Below are positions 36,547 to 50,800 of a stretch of 64,000 bases of DNA, in pieces. The DNA is from Zancudomyces culisetae HAW-14-8 (taxonomy: Eukaryota; Fungi; Kickxellomycota). The stretch lies in assembly GCA_052426225.1 (NCBI GenBank), contig JBNJNM010000013.1, positions 124,001-188,000 on the forward strand, written 5' to 3'. How positions within the stretch are numbered: the first letter of the stretch is position 1; each line of letters begins with the position of its first letter. The notes under the pieces are model-generated. The model saw only the letters and a list, made by a program, of their open reading frames with translations. It searched no databases and was not told the origin of the DNA. The position numbers were made by a program, and so were the translations under genes.

Positions 36547-37203
36547 CCTTATATCTCCATGTATTTGTTTATTGTGTTATTTTAATAGTTTGAAATTTTG
36601 TTTAAAATCCAAATTTCTAAACTGTCTTTCAAAATGCTATTTTAAATGTTCAATTGTATTTTCATTAATTCCCTACAGAAATTTGCCGTACAAATGCTTT
36701 GTTGTAATTTGCCAGTATTTTTTCAATTTCAGTATTTTTGGTTGCATTTTTCAGAACTATTTGCTAACGTATTTTTATTTAATCGTTATAGCGCAAACAT
36801 AATTCTCAAATATTAAAAACAACAATTAAAGAGGTGCCCAAAAAGAAATAATAATAATAGGGATAGCATTTATTTAATTGCTAATTTTCACTGCCCTAGC
36901 CAGGTTAGTTGTTGTACCACAAAACTAGCGTTTTTAAATATCAGTAAAATAAGTAACTATTTTGAATGTTTATTCTTTACAACATATAATCGATGTTTGA
37001 AGCTAAAATGAAGAGGTCAAATATCCGGCAGCACCGAGGTTATCTATAATGATACTAGAGCCTTAATAGCTAAAAATATAAAATTAAAACTCAAAAAGTA
37101 ATACTAATATTCTCTAAATACCACACAAGGAGTTTGAAGGTTATATCAATACATAACTCGTAAAGCATTTTACGGTGCTTTAGTTTTTTGCAAGAGCAAA
37201 GTC

Positions 37204-37479
37204 TCAGTAGAATCCGGCGTCTGTTACATATCCTGTGCCATTTATTAGAACTGTCAGCCTGTCGATGCGAAAGTCAAGAGTCATTGGATCTTTTTGTCCG
37301 AGGATTCTACGTGGAGCCGGAAGATCCCCTTCATAAACATAGCTATTACAGGGAAGTAGACAAAGCGAGACATGATGGGTCGTATTCCTGACGATATATT
37401 TGTCGATAAGAACGTTTCTTGCTACCGTGGTATTACCCAGAGATGCATAAAGGGGTGAAAGATCAAGGCACGAACGCAT
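37204..37479 (-). CDS. Small protease inhibitor, potato inhibitor I / I78-like (copy 1, predicted P1 Leu)
   Basis: C-terminal DLPAPRRILGQKDPMTLDFRIDRLTVLINGTGYV..GFY matches the R-I-x5-T-x-D-x3-R-L pattern. TATA-like TATATAAATA lies upstream (~37587-37596). Confidence 0.8.
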   Translation of the reverse strand: MRSCLDLSPLYASLGNTTVARNVLIDKYIVRNTTHHVSLCLLPCNSYVYEGDLPAPRRILGQKDPMTLDFRIDRLTVLINGTGYVTDAGFY

Positions 37480-39289
37480 TTTATATTTTTATTTATCGTA
37501 GTTGGTTGATATATTCAAATTGGATAAAGAACTTTTTAAAAAGATCCGAATTTTGATAACCGTGTATGAATGCCATTGACACCTGTATTTATATAATTTT
37601 TTAATTATAATTTTTTATAATGGTGAACATAGTTTGACTCCACATTACAAAATTAAAGATCGGGGAATGTCACATAAAAAACGGACTATATCACTTTGCG
37701 GTTCAGTGAAAACATGTTGTTCTCATCATTTTTCAAGAACCACCTATTCTTGGCCAATGAGTGTAGCTATAACGAGGTACGCGACTGCGGGAGTTGGGTG
37801 AGTATGTCTGGTAGCGCTTGGTGTCAAAATTAAATTGGGGTACGAAATAACCCAGCACATTTAGTCAACCAAAGCTACAAGTCTGTCTATGAACAAAAAT
37901 CATCACTGTCTGTTAACTCTGGGGTGGGCTCATCCAAAGTGATTCCACAAAGAACTCAAGAAGAGTAAAACATAACAAGAAAATAAACTTCCCAAGGCGT
38001 ATTAATTGAAACCAATATGTTTCAAAGGGTAAATACAGCAGTTTTCCTTCACATATCTTTTGTTTTTTAGACTTAGCAACATACAGGTATCTGTGTAATT
38101 ACAGGCTATATGCTCTAAATCAAAAAGTGAAAGAAATCATGCAATGTCATTGACAAGGAAAACTCACCTCCCCTCCATCCCACTCAAAGGGAGATTAGTT
38201 TATAAAACCAATAGCCAGCACTGTTGCAGTACCATTCTGTTTTTTTTCCATAGTGGTAGTGTTAGTGTACAAATTGCAACTAAAGCCGATGAAAAGTACT
38301 GCAAAAATATCACAGGTACATGTAGAAACTTTTTTTTTCGACAAAAAACAAATTCGCTCCATTGTAATTACCCCCAGAACATAACTGACTAGCTATTAAT
38401 AATAAAAAAACTATAATGGCTGTAAAAAGTATTGTTTTTCTTTCAAATAACTGAAAACAGATATTGAATAAAAGAAAAATACGAACCATGATGCAAATAA
38501 CAACAGGTGTACCACGTTTTAATACATTGTATAGTAATGGATTGTTTTCGTTTTTTTTTCCCAATTCAATGAGGTTAACAAACTAGAGCGCTTTTTTAAA
38601 ACGCAATTTTGTTATAATTAACTCATAATCTAACAATAAATACACAATCACGAAATTTGCAGATAATGATATTTGTAAAGCTAACACTACTCAGACAATT
38701 CTCCACATTCTATACATACAATTTTAACTACGCAAAACAATATGATTGTTGTGTGACTACTTATTTGGTATTCATCTGACAAAAGAGACGCACTGAACTT
38801 GAGATTTACTGCATTTTGATGATGAATGCAGTATTTTTTTTAGTAGCATACATCATGTAGATTTTACCATAATTTATTCCCTTTTATCTCAGCACGTACA
38901 GAATATCTAAGTGTGTGTACAGAAAGAAATAGATGAGTATTGTGCTTGCATTCCTCCATGTTTAGTTGTTTTTTTATCCGTTTTTTGAAAAAACCACATA
39001 ATTCAACAAAAAAGTTCATTATACCACCTCGACTTCATCTGTGGAACAGTGTTTCATCCGGATATACGTGTTTTTCTGTGCACCTCTATTCCACACTTCC
39101 ACACTTCCACTATTTCTCCTTCATCCTGAATGTTCTGGATGTTATATCTTTTATTTTAAGTCTATATGAGGCTCGCTATTTTGGGAAACTAAACAAAAAA
39201 ACTTTAAAGAACTAATCTATTAGTATAAAATCGTGCTAAGTGTACAACTGTTCGTGTAAAAAGTCCTGTTATAAAAAAAGATCGGAGGT

Positions 39290-39562
39290 TTAGAAATAAC
39301 CTGTGTTTTGAATGACGCTATAGTCGGTTACAAACAAATTCAGCCGGCTAGGCATCAGGTCTCTTGTTATCCCATCCCTAGGATGTATTATTCTATATGG
39401 ATCAGGCAAGTCATACTCATATACAACTTGAGCGCATGTGTAGTTGGATGGATACGAATGAAACTCTGTTTCTACCAAGTATTTTCCTACAAGTGTGTTG
39501 TTGACTAGCTTTGCGTTAACGGGCGGTGTAAATAAGCTAGATATATCCAGGCAGTTCGACAT
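39290..39562 (-). CDS. Small protease inhibitor, potato inhibitor I / I78-like (copy 2, predicted P1 Arg)
   Basis: DLPDPYRIIHPRDGITRDLMPSRLNLFVTDYSVIQNTGYF. Colinear paralog of 37204-37479 (MxxCLDxSxL, LxxKYxV, VYExDLP). Confidence 0.82.
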   Translation of the reverse strand: MSNCLDISSLFTPPVNAKLVNNTLVGKYLVETEFHSYPSNYTCAQVVYEYDLPDPYRIIHPRDGITRDLMPSRLNLFVTDYSVIQNTGYF

Positions 39563-41808
39563 TGTGTTAGTTTATCGCTGTTTAATTTATTTACCACGTC
39601 TTTGTAGGTGTGTGTAAAGCAAAGACGCTGAACTGAAATATCGAAGTGTTGTACTGTTGACTAAACCGTGATATCTAATAGCCGGTGTTTCTTGTTTTAA
39701 TTTTATGTCTCAACTGGGGTGCTGGGCAATAGAGTATCTTATATTAATTTATGGCGAAATAAAAGTTATACTATAAAAGTTATATATTTTGCAGATAAAA
39801 TTGTTGAAGAAAAGGTTTGATATGTTTAGGGGGCTTTATAGTCTTTTTTTTTTTGCTTGATCGGTTCACACTAACAAGTTACACAATTCTATTTTAGGGT
39901 AAAATTTCCGCCATTTTTGAGTTTAGTTAATGTCCTGAATTTACCAAATAGAATTGAGGAGAAGCCAATTTGATAGGCAATACTTTATTCACAAATAGTC
40001 CAATAGACGATTAGGAAAAATCCACATCAGAAATAATCCATCTAAAGGAAAATCGTGTGCTAAATGAGCAAACCAGGTTGAATGCCATTGAAGATGCTTT
40101 AACATGCACACAATACTACATGCAGAGGGAAAGGTGAGTGGAGGAGTGTGCTGAGTGTGCTGAGTGCAGTAATTTAATATGGTAAAATACTATGAGTATG
40201 GAAGTTTAGCAATTTCTTACCTATTAAATGGGGGGGGGGGTGAATTGGTGAATTGGTGAAGTGTGATAGGTATGTCCACCAGAAAATGCTATTTGGTTAA
40301 TAACGAAAACGGCATTTACGGTGTTTTCCTTCCTATTCTTTTCCTTCCATATCTATTTCATCACGTTTTTTTTTCTTTTTGTTTTCATTCTTCAAAAAAT
40401 ATGTTTATTTGAATGTTACAAATAGCCGAAAACATAAACTGATACTTTTCCATATTGATGTATGAAAAAGGTGTGAAGGTAGCACAAAATGTTTCTAGTA
40501 GGTTCATTTCCAAGAATAAATAGAGGCTGCCCAAGCATCCCATCACACCAATTGCTTTAGATGAGGGTGACAGTTCGTCAAAACTGTATTACCTTGTCAC
40601 AATGTACAAGGATTGTTTGGTAATTCGGCATCGTGTAGATTCTAGTTTGGATCTGTTTTTCTTTTTTTTTTAAAAAAAAAAAAGGGATGATGTCGGTATT
40701 AAACATGTCCAAAAGCAAGGATTTCCCACTCAACAGTAAAGTTGCAAATAAAACAGGCTATACCAACTAGTCCTGGTTTTCAACTAACTCCGGAGATTTA
40801 GTATCAGACTAGCTACAGAGTGGTTTTGATGCTGCTTAAGAGCTTTATAAACACAAACGTAGAGTATATTGTTCAAATGTATGTCATGTAGTGTATAAAC
40901 AGACTCAAAATAAATATACTTTTAAAATTTCCGGTTACTTAGTTTATATTTTACAGAATCGAATTGTTAGGTCAAGACCTCACTAAACTCACATTTACAC
41001 ATTGACTATCAACTCAGTTTTCAATACAGATCTACTTTATTATTGCTTGGTATGTATCAATTCAGAAAAAAGATATTTAATCTCATATACAGCTATACCG
41101 TTTATACTTTCATTATTAGAGTATTGTGGGAAAGAGTTAGCATATGTGTTGTTTTTTCGTGTAATAAATATCGCGTATGCTTAAATCATAAGGCTATCTA
41201 GAAACGGCTATCATAAAATCTGACATAAATTATAGAAAAAGACTAAACTTGCCTTCATTTCCAGTTTTAGGATCGTGTATTGCTCTGTTAACTCTTCTTT
41301 ACACAATCCTCTCCTTTTTACATCAACCATTTTCCATGGAAACAAAGTTGTGCAGAAAAATAAAATAGAAATTAAGTGTGGGAGAATGGGAGATTGCTAG
41401 GGTGGGAGTTACTAGATTACATCAACGTACATTTCAAAGATTAAGATTAGTTGGGATTGAAAATCAAATATGGCTTATCACGTGAACCAGAAAAACTCCA
41501 TTGTTTTAAACGGTTTTTAAAAAATTAATATATTGAAGCAAAAGCCACACAGGATAACAAACGGAGGATATAACCAGGAAAAAAGTAAATAAAATACAAT
41601 CCAAATTGAAAAATGAAAAGATAATAAAAAACTGAAAATTTAAACAGTAATGCATATGCAAAAGTAAGAAGAAACGTAAAACGTATTTTATACAGTTAGG
41701 GTACACTTCTACATAAACGATATATAGCAGCAATAATACGAAAATCACAAGAAAATTAAACCATAAAGCAAACTTTCTCAAAGACAAGAAAAGGGAAATC
41801 ACCTAGGG

Positions 41809-44800
41809 ATGAGAGAAAATGTATCAAATAAGGCACAGTTTGTGTCGTTTGAAGACTACGATCTAAAAAACCGCGTTAAAACACCTGAAAGCGTAGAAAT
41901 AAAGGGATGGGTAGAGCGAATGAAAACAAAGTTTATGGAGTTACCAAATCTTAAAAGTACGGCGGATGTTGGAACGAGTTATTCGAATGACACAGGTAAA
42001 GCGAGTGGGGATCATAGCACACGTGGTATTAACGGCGGAAGGCTTGGGGGACGGACACAAACGGATAAAGATGCATTGGATAGATTGCGGAAAATAATAT
42101 ATAAATCGACAATTCAAGATCCAGAAGGAAGCAAACATAAAAATGCAGCAATAGAAGGATTGGAGGGGAGTAAAATGGAGACATTGAGTAGGAATGGAAG
42201 CGTGAGTAGCAACAGAGAAAGCACAATTGAACAGGCAGTGTCGAGGGCAAGTGTTTTTAAGCCAGCAAAGAGACAGTCAATGGTAATTAAACAAGCTGAA
42301 GGTGCGATAAATTTTGCAGGAAAAAGTCAAGGCGATGGAGGAGGTGATGGTGGGATCTTTAATCATAGTCGAGCAGGCTATACCGAGATGAGGGGTGATG
42401 AAAGAAGTCAGAAAGTAAGAGGTGCAACTGAACCACTATCCTTGAGGACTGAACAAATAGATGTGGTAGTAGATAGGGCAGTTTCTACAGGGTTGACAGC
42501 GATGATGTCTGGTGCCAGCTCGAGCACTCTAGGCTTACAAATACGAAATGATGGCGTTGAAAAAACATATGATGAGAGAAAAGATCGGAAGCCACTATTT
42601 ATAAAAAATGGTTATAATGTGAGGGCAAAGAAAAGCTATAAAGAAAGGTATGAGATGGAACCGGGTACGGGGACACCTGATTCACAGAGTTATTTGCTTG
42701 GTACATCACCAATTATCAGTAGTATTATGAATCAGCTCCAAAAGACTGAAAATAAAGAATTTTGGATGAAGGACGAGAGTGTGAAAGCGTGTATGGCATG
42801 CCAGCGAAAGTTTATGGCGTTTAGGCGAAGGCATCACTGTAGGTTATGTGGGCGGATATTTTGTGGAGAGTGTTCGAACTATGGAGTATCTGGGGAGATA
42901 ATAGGCAAAAGTGGGAAAGTTAGAATATGCAAATATTGTCATAAGGAGTATCAGAACGCATTGTTAGATGAAAATTCGATGTATTTAAGGGGGCAGAATG
43001 AAGAGGAGGAGGGGGGTAAAAGAAGAGAGATGGAAGAGCAAGGCGAGATAGAAATACCTAAAATGGATATAGGATTTGAAAGAGACAAAGGGAATGGTAA
43101 GGCAGTTGAAGAGCAAAATGCAAATGAGGTGAAACAGGAAATAACTACAAAAGAGGTACTTGAAGAAAAGATAGGGGAGGGCCAGGTGAATAAGTATGAA
43201 AAGGGAGCAACAGAGGTTGCGGATAAAAAAGAAGTGGAAGAACAAGAGGACAAGAAAGGAACAAAAAATGGGATGCGGTTTGCGTTTGGGGATATTGCGC
43301 TGAAAATAATGGAGGCCGAGAATATGAATGAGTTGTATTTTGCAAAAAAAATAAAAGAAAACCAGAAGGAGGTGGGGGAGAAAAGAAAACCAATAGAGTT
43401 ATATAGAGGGCCTAAGAGAGCTAGAGGAAATGGCACTAATGGTTATGGTGTTGATAGTAATAGTGATGGTGATGATAATAGTAGTGGTAACTTTAATGGC
43501 AAAGAAGGGGTAGAGGAAGAGGATGATATGACCCTGGGCGAATTTTTGGGAGGAGAAAGAATGCGTGTATATGACAGGGATGTAAATATGGGCATGGGAA
43601 TGGACTTGAATATGGATATGGATATGAATATGAATATGGATCTATATATGGATACTGGATTGGTAACTTTAGAGAAGATTAAGAAAAGCTGGGAGGAAGA
43701 GGAGCGAGTGGTAAAAAGCATATCTAGAAATATGATGGTGTATAGGGAAAATAAAGGATTGGGAGGAAATTTCACAGAAAGAACGTATTACCAGGTTCAG
43801 AGGATGGCAAGAGAGTTGATAAGACAAGAGGGTGTAGAGGAAGCAGAGGAGTGGCAGGAGATTGTAACCAAGATGGTGGTGTATGCAACTGACAAGGTGA
43901 AGCCAGCTGCGCAGCTGGGGGGAAGCAATGATTTGCGACAGTATGTCAAGATCAAAATTATCCCAGGTGGCAGGAAACAAGATAGTGGCTATTTGGCAGG
44001 TGTAATATTTAGCAAAGACGTGGCCGACCGACATATGGGACGGACACAGTCACCCGTGAGGATATTGTTGCTCACATTTGCACTGAGCTACAACCAAAAC
44101 AACAGAAAATATGAGTCATTGGGGAAAAATATAGAGCAAGAAAAAGAGTATACACAAAAGCTGGTGGAAAGGATAGTGGTTGTGAGCAGGCCTACACTGC
44201 TGTTGGTAGAAAAGGACGTTTCGAGACAGGCGCTTGACCAGCTGCTTGCTAGGAACGTGACAGTGGTAAGCGGAGTTAAACGTCATGTAATGCAGGCGGT
44301 GGCGTATTTTACGGGTGCGGATCTAGTCACGTCGATAGACAAGTTAGCATTGGGGCCACAGGTGGGAAGCTGCCAAAGCATGAGTGTTCAGACATTTGAT
44401 GATCCACGACAAATTGGGGGCAAAAACACCGTGATATTTCTGAGTGGAAGTAATCCAGAACGAGGGGGAACGATTCTTCTTAGAGGAGGAAATGAGGAAC
44501 AGTTGGAAAAAGTGCACAATGTAATATCGATGCTTCTTAGCCTTTCATATTCGTTATATTTGGAACAGAGTTTGATAAACAATCAGTATGGAATGTGTAT
44601 TGATGATTGGTCGAAAAGACAAAGCAATAAACAGATGAGGAGACACGGGGATGTGCAGATGGAGCAGGGTGAGGAGGGTCATTACATAGGAGGGTCGCGG
44701 TTTAGGCCCTCGATGGCTGGAGTGGCATTGGAAAAGTACCACAATCGAATGATTACATCGTCGCCATACATTAAACCCAAGACACCACATGTGCTGAAAA

Positions 44801-47800
44801 AGATGTTTGAGGCGGAGCGAATTGTTGGAGAAAAATCGGAGCAGTTTCAGAGATTGAAGATTGTGACTATATCTAATGTTAAGGATAAAAGCAAGGTTAA
44901 AGGTAAAGGTAAAAGTAAAGGTGGTGCAGAGGGCGATGGAGCTAGAGGTGGAGATAGGGATGGGGACGGGGGTGGAGATGAGAGGGAGAGAGGAATAATG
45001 GGGTTGGATGAAGTCAGACGACTGGAACTGAGGGGAAACACCGTTTTGGAGGAGCGGGGAGTAACCAGCAAGAACCTGATTGCACGAAATCAAGCAGGAT
45101 TGTCGTACCTGGCATTGAGACAGCAAACGTTTGCAGATGAGGAGAGAGTGCTGCAATCATATAGAGGTGAAATAGCACCTTATATGGATGAGATTGTGGA
45201 AGGGAAACAGTTTATTGAGGACAATCCCGAACCACGTGGGATATGGGAGAACCAGTTTTTACTTTTAGTATATTCGGTGGTGCGAAATCGTGTTGCAGAG
45301 AGCAAACGCAATACAAATGTAGTGAAGATATGCCTGCGGCCAAAAATGTACTATATCGAATTTCATTGTGAAAGCGATGTTACACTTGGTGAATATTTGA
45401 CGGAGATGTGTTTTAATTTAGATATGGACTGTCTAGGAAATATTCCATGCCCTGAGCCAATGTATCATCACACACGGATGTATACACATGGATCTGGGCG
45501 GGTGGAGGTTAGCGTTGATGAGATGCCGTGTCCTATTCTTGGAATGAGCGAGTATCTGATTATGTGGGAACAGTGCGGAGTATGCGGTACAAAGACACCG
45601 TACATGAGGCTGTCGTCTCAGACTTGGAATGTATCATTTGGCAAGTACCTTGAACTGTTTTTTTATGGAGGGGATAGCATATACCCACGCGGATCTTTGT
45701 GTCCACACAGACTGTACCGTGACTATGTGCACTACTTTGCTATGCGCAACATGGCGGTCAAAATCACCTATACGTCGCTAATTTTGTATGACGTGTGTCC
45801 GCCAAAACCACCATTAAATTTTGCGCTGGAAACAAATATTCAGCTTAAGGCCAAAGAGTCAGAAGACTTGGAAGCACGAATCGATAGCTACTATAATTCG
45901 ATTTTGGATTATATTTCAGAGTTTATTGATCAGAACCAAGTAGTTAATTTGTATCCACAGTTACTAGACAGGTGTAAGGATGCACTCAATGATCTGCGGC
46001 AACGAGCTGTGTGTGAGCATATTTATTTCAAGCAATCGCTCAAACAGACTTTGGAAAATAGTCATCCTGCGAATACACTTGCATTGATGGTGGTATATGA
46101 AAAGTTGCAGGAAAAAGTAGTGGAATGGGATGAAGAACTTGCTGTATTGGAGGATCATTTTTTATATTCAGTTGAGTATCTCTTGGCTACAAAAAAAAAG
46201 GAGCAACAACAAGAGAGGAAAAAACAAAAAAAAGAACAAGCGCTAGAACAAGAACCGGAAGAAGAAAAATTAAAAGAATCAAAAGAATCAAAAGAATCAA
46301 AAGAATCAAAAGAAGCTGAGGCAGGTGACATTGTGTCTTCAAAATTAGGTGGAACAGGTATGTTTGGTGGGGGTGTAGTGTATTCTCAGAACACAACTGC
46401 TACACGAACCTCACCAAACTTTGACGAATCAGCCCCGGAAATGCCATCTCTATCGCCATGCAGAGAATTCAGCTTATCATTGCTGGATGAGTACCAAGTT
46501 AATCCAACCAGAGCACACAATAGAAGGTTGTCAATGGAGTTTTTGATGCTTCACAAGACACATAATTCACGTTTTTTGAATTTTACTTCGCCGCCACCTG
46601 CAGCACAAGCAACACCACCGCAACCGCAAGAACAAGAACAAGGGCAGGGGCAGGGGCAAGGACAAGGACAAGGAAAAGGACAACCACAAGAGCCACTACA
46701 AGAACAAGAACAAGAACAAGTATCAATAACACCAATAGTACCAACACAAGGGGTAATTCAAACAAAAACACAAATACAAATGCGCTCATCAACACCACCA
46801 GTACCAGGACAACTATCGACAGTTTCGACCACCGTTGGCTCAATTTCGAGGCCAAAGGCATCAAGCAATCCGCTAACCAACAAGTCTATTGATATGTACT
46901 CGTATTCGATGACTGAACATTCATACCGAATGGACCAAGTATTGGGTTCACCAAGTATTTATCAAGTGTTTCCAAGCGGATCCAAGACCAGAACTCTAGA
47001 TTCTCAAACAAATGCGATAGAAAAAATGCCGTCAATAGCCGAAACCATTTCAAACACCAATGGCAGCCTTAAATTACAGAAGGTCAAGGATAATGACAGC
47101 ACCATGGTAAAACGTAACAGTCAAAGGGAGAAGTCAGTGGGAGGATACAATGGCGTTATTGGGTTGTCCAAAAACCTCAATTCTATATTTAATAAACACA
47201 AGGATAATGGAGGGGTATTGAACAGGGAGTCGATTATAAACTATTATCAAAACCAGAAAGTCAACAAGAATCGACAAAAACATCATGTATACAGCGATGC
47301 GAATAAAGGGAAGATGGGAAGTGAAAATGAAGATGGGAACAAGTCGAGGTTATCGAAAATCATTGTGTTTTCTAATGATTCAAGCGTGGCAGAAAATAGT
47401 AAAATATTTAGAAACAAGCTACATAAACGAAGCAATAGCCAGTCATCGTTAGGAAACAACAGTCCTATGAACAATACAGATATGGATGATCAACGTAGTG
47501 TTGTGAGATATAATGTACATTCAAATACAGGAATAAGCAGTGATGGCGAGATCAACTTTGGTAGTGTTGGCAGTTATGTAAATAGAAAGAAATATAGACA
47601 AACAAAGAGTCCCTGGAATATATTTAGAGAAGGAATTTTGCAGGTGTTCAAGCCGAAAAACAAACCAACATCAAAATTATTAACATATCCATACAAACAA
47701 CAACAACAACAGGAAGAAATAATAGATACACGATCATCCAACCAGGCACCAGTACTATCATCACTATTTTTATTTGGCAATACCAGTAGCAACAACAATA

Positions 47801-50800
47801 ACAACAACTACAACAATAGTAACAATAACAATAGTAATATTAATGGTGTTTTGAAAAAGTATATACCATATCAGAATAATGGTGGAAGGGGAGGGATTTA
47901 TACAACGAATATAGCATCAAAATTGCCATTACAATTGGAGTATCCAGCACATTTGATACAAGAACCAAATTATACTAATGATCATAACAATAACAATAAA
48001 AATAATAATAATAACAGTAGTCATGGTGGAGAAAATGAAGGAGATGAGAGGGAAGAGTCAATATTTGAATCAGCATCTTCCCAGATTTATGGAGAAGATG
48101 ATTATGTTGAGAATGAACTAGATATAAAGGAGCAGGTAAAAGAAGATGGAAAAACAAGATATTTGAGGTCAGAACAGTATAGTAGGATAAGGAATGGCAA
48201 TGGCAATGGCAATGGTAATGGTAATGGTAACGAAAACGAAAACCAAAACGGCAATGATAATGATAGTGACAGTGATAGTGGGGAAGAGGAAAGCGATAGT
48301 TCGTCAAGTTCATTTTTTTCATTGGATTCGTTAGCCAATAGCATCAAAAATACAGAATACAACGATGACAGTAGAAATGGCAATAGAAATGGCAGTATCA
48401 AGGGTAGTGGTAATGGTAATAGAAACGAACATAGACATGTACTTGGTGATCTTTTGGACGAAACAGAACCACACTCTGAATTCTACAGAGAAGAGAATGT
48501 AAATGTGAATAATACAGATACAGATGCAGATGTGGCAAGTAAAACGGAAATGGGATTATCAAAATCATATAATATTGGTGGTATGGAATTTGGACATAGT
48601 CATGAAGAGTGTAGAGGGATAATGGATAAGACCAGAGGTAAATTGAGGAGAAAGAAATCGATTATTGAAGCAATGCAACTATCAGAGTCACCAAATAATA
48701 CCAATCCTACCAATTCTAGAATGAATTTGGCTGCAGAAAATAAAGAAAACAGTGGTGGCTTGGGATTATTAGATGAAAAGGCAAATGTCGAGTATAGGGA
48801 ATACGAGAATGAGCAAAGAGGTCAACAGAATCCAAAGCAATTGGGAAAGATCTGGAAGGGGCTTTTGTCACGGCTGTTGGATAATGAAGAGGCAGATAAG
48901 ACGTCGTATATTGAGATCAACAATAGGAGCCGAAGAAAATATCCAATGAGGGAAATGAGTATGGTGGAGCTGGGAGAGAAAAAGTTGATTGGAGGGGACA
49001 AGCGAGTGACAGGGCTGAGTGGAGCGCTGATGGGGGGAGCAGGCGGAGGAGGAGGAGGAGGGGGAGGTAAAGGAGGATTTTTGGATGCAGCAAATGGCCG
49101 TGGGGGGATAAGGCGGCAGCGGGGAAGTCGGCGATTCAATTTGTGGTATCCACTGCAGCCTACAGATCATATTATTCCGGGGTGTCCGGTAATGGTGCGA
49201 GAAACAGAGCCCAGCTCGATATTGGCGTTGACACTATCGTCATTAGAATACCAAGAAAAGCTAGATGAGTTGATTGAGGATTTCAAAGCTAAGCGAGCAG
49301 AGCAGAGGAAAGTTAGACGCATAATGATGAATGTGCGAGGGAAACAAGAGGGTGGAAGGATGCAAGGAGAGGGAGAAAGGAAGTATGGAGAAAAAGAGGA
49401 AAAGGAGTATGCAGGAGAAGAGAGTGGTAGGTATGGATATGGATATGGATATGGATACGGAGGTGAAGATGAGGATGCGGATGCAGATGAAGATGAAGAT
49501 GAAGATGCAGATGAAAAGCAAGGTGATGATTTAGAAATTGCAATGGTGCAGATGCCGGGCCATCATATTCGATTCAGTTTTACGACGGCCAGTGGGGCGT
49601 CGTTTACCTGTAAACTGTTTTATGTGGCGCAATTTGATGCAATGCGGAAAATCAATGGATGTGAAGAGACGTTTATAGAGTCACTGAGTCGGTGTTGTGA
49701 GTATGCAGCTAAAGGGGGGAAAAGTGGGATGACGTTTATGAAGACGTTGGATAATCGGTATATTATCAAGCAGGTGAGTTCTGTGGAGATGCGGGCGTTT
49801 ATACAGTTTGCACCGGTGTATTTTGAGCATATGATGAAAACGTATAATAAGAATGAGATGCTGACGCTGTTGATTCGGATATTTATGTTGGCCAAACTTA
49901 CAGTTACGGAGGAAAGTGAGAGTGATGAAGTGAATCGAAAGAATTATAGAGATGGTGAGAAAAGTGGGCAAGAAAAAGGAGGAAAGAGGCGAAAAGGTAA
50001 AGATAAAGGAGAAGGGGGTGGTGACGGGGATGGGGATGGGGATGGAGGAAGAGACCAAGAACGAGACCGAGAACGAGAAAGGGGGAAAAGAAGGGGAAAG
50101 GGAAGAGAAAGGGAAAGAGAAAGAGAGAGAGAAAGGGGGAGAGAGAAAGAAAGAGGAGAGAGAGGTAGTAGCGCGGGAATTGGGCTTGGATTAAGATATG
50201 AGGATCGAGAAGCACCACATAGACGACGTAGTAGAGTCAAGAAAATCAATGTGATAGTAATGGAAAACCTTTTTTATAACCATAAGGTTGATGTGGTGTT
50301 TGATTTGAAGGGTAGTGTCAGCAACCGATTGGTACCAGTAACAATGCCAATACCAATGCCAGTACTTAATGCGGTATCATCATATAATTTAGGTGGGGAT
50401 AAGAATAAACGAGAAAAGCAGATGAATGGTAATGAGGTTAATAGTGATGGTGGAAGTAACAGTGGTAGTGGTAGTGGTAGTGGTAATGATAATGATAATG
50501 TAGTGGTATTTCAAGATGAAAACTTTCTTAATCTACATGGTATAACGCATAATCCAATATCCATTACAAAAGCAGCAAAGGATTATCTTCACGACGCTAT
50601 TTGGAATGACACGTTATTTTTATCTAAGCTCGATGTCATGGACTATTCGTTACTTTGTGGAATTGCATATCCCAAATCCCGACAATCTAAAGCTAATATT
50701 ACCAGTATCAATGGTATTGGTAATATTGGTGGTGGTGGTAGTGGTGGTGGTGGTAATGGTAATGGTGATAGTGGTGGTGGTGGTGGTGGTGGTGGTGGTG

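Noticed and set aside
40457-40485. GATGTATGAAAAAGGTGTGAAGGTAGCAC resembles the 5' end of U6atac snRNA
   Set aside because: The essential AAGGAGA box is altered (AAGGTGT), the downstream internal stem-loop is absent, and I saw no U12-type (RTATCCTT) donor among the introns in this window.
41478-41485. TCACGTGA E-box (CLEAR/Cbf1-like) upstream of FAB1
   Set aside because: A single 8-mer that I did not see upstream of the other vacuolar genes (VMA3, EMP70), so it cannot be distinguished from chance.
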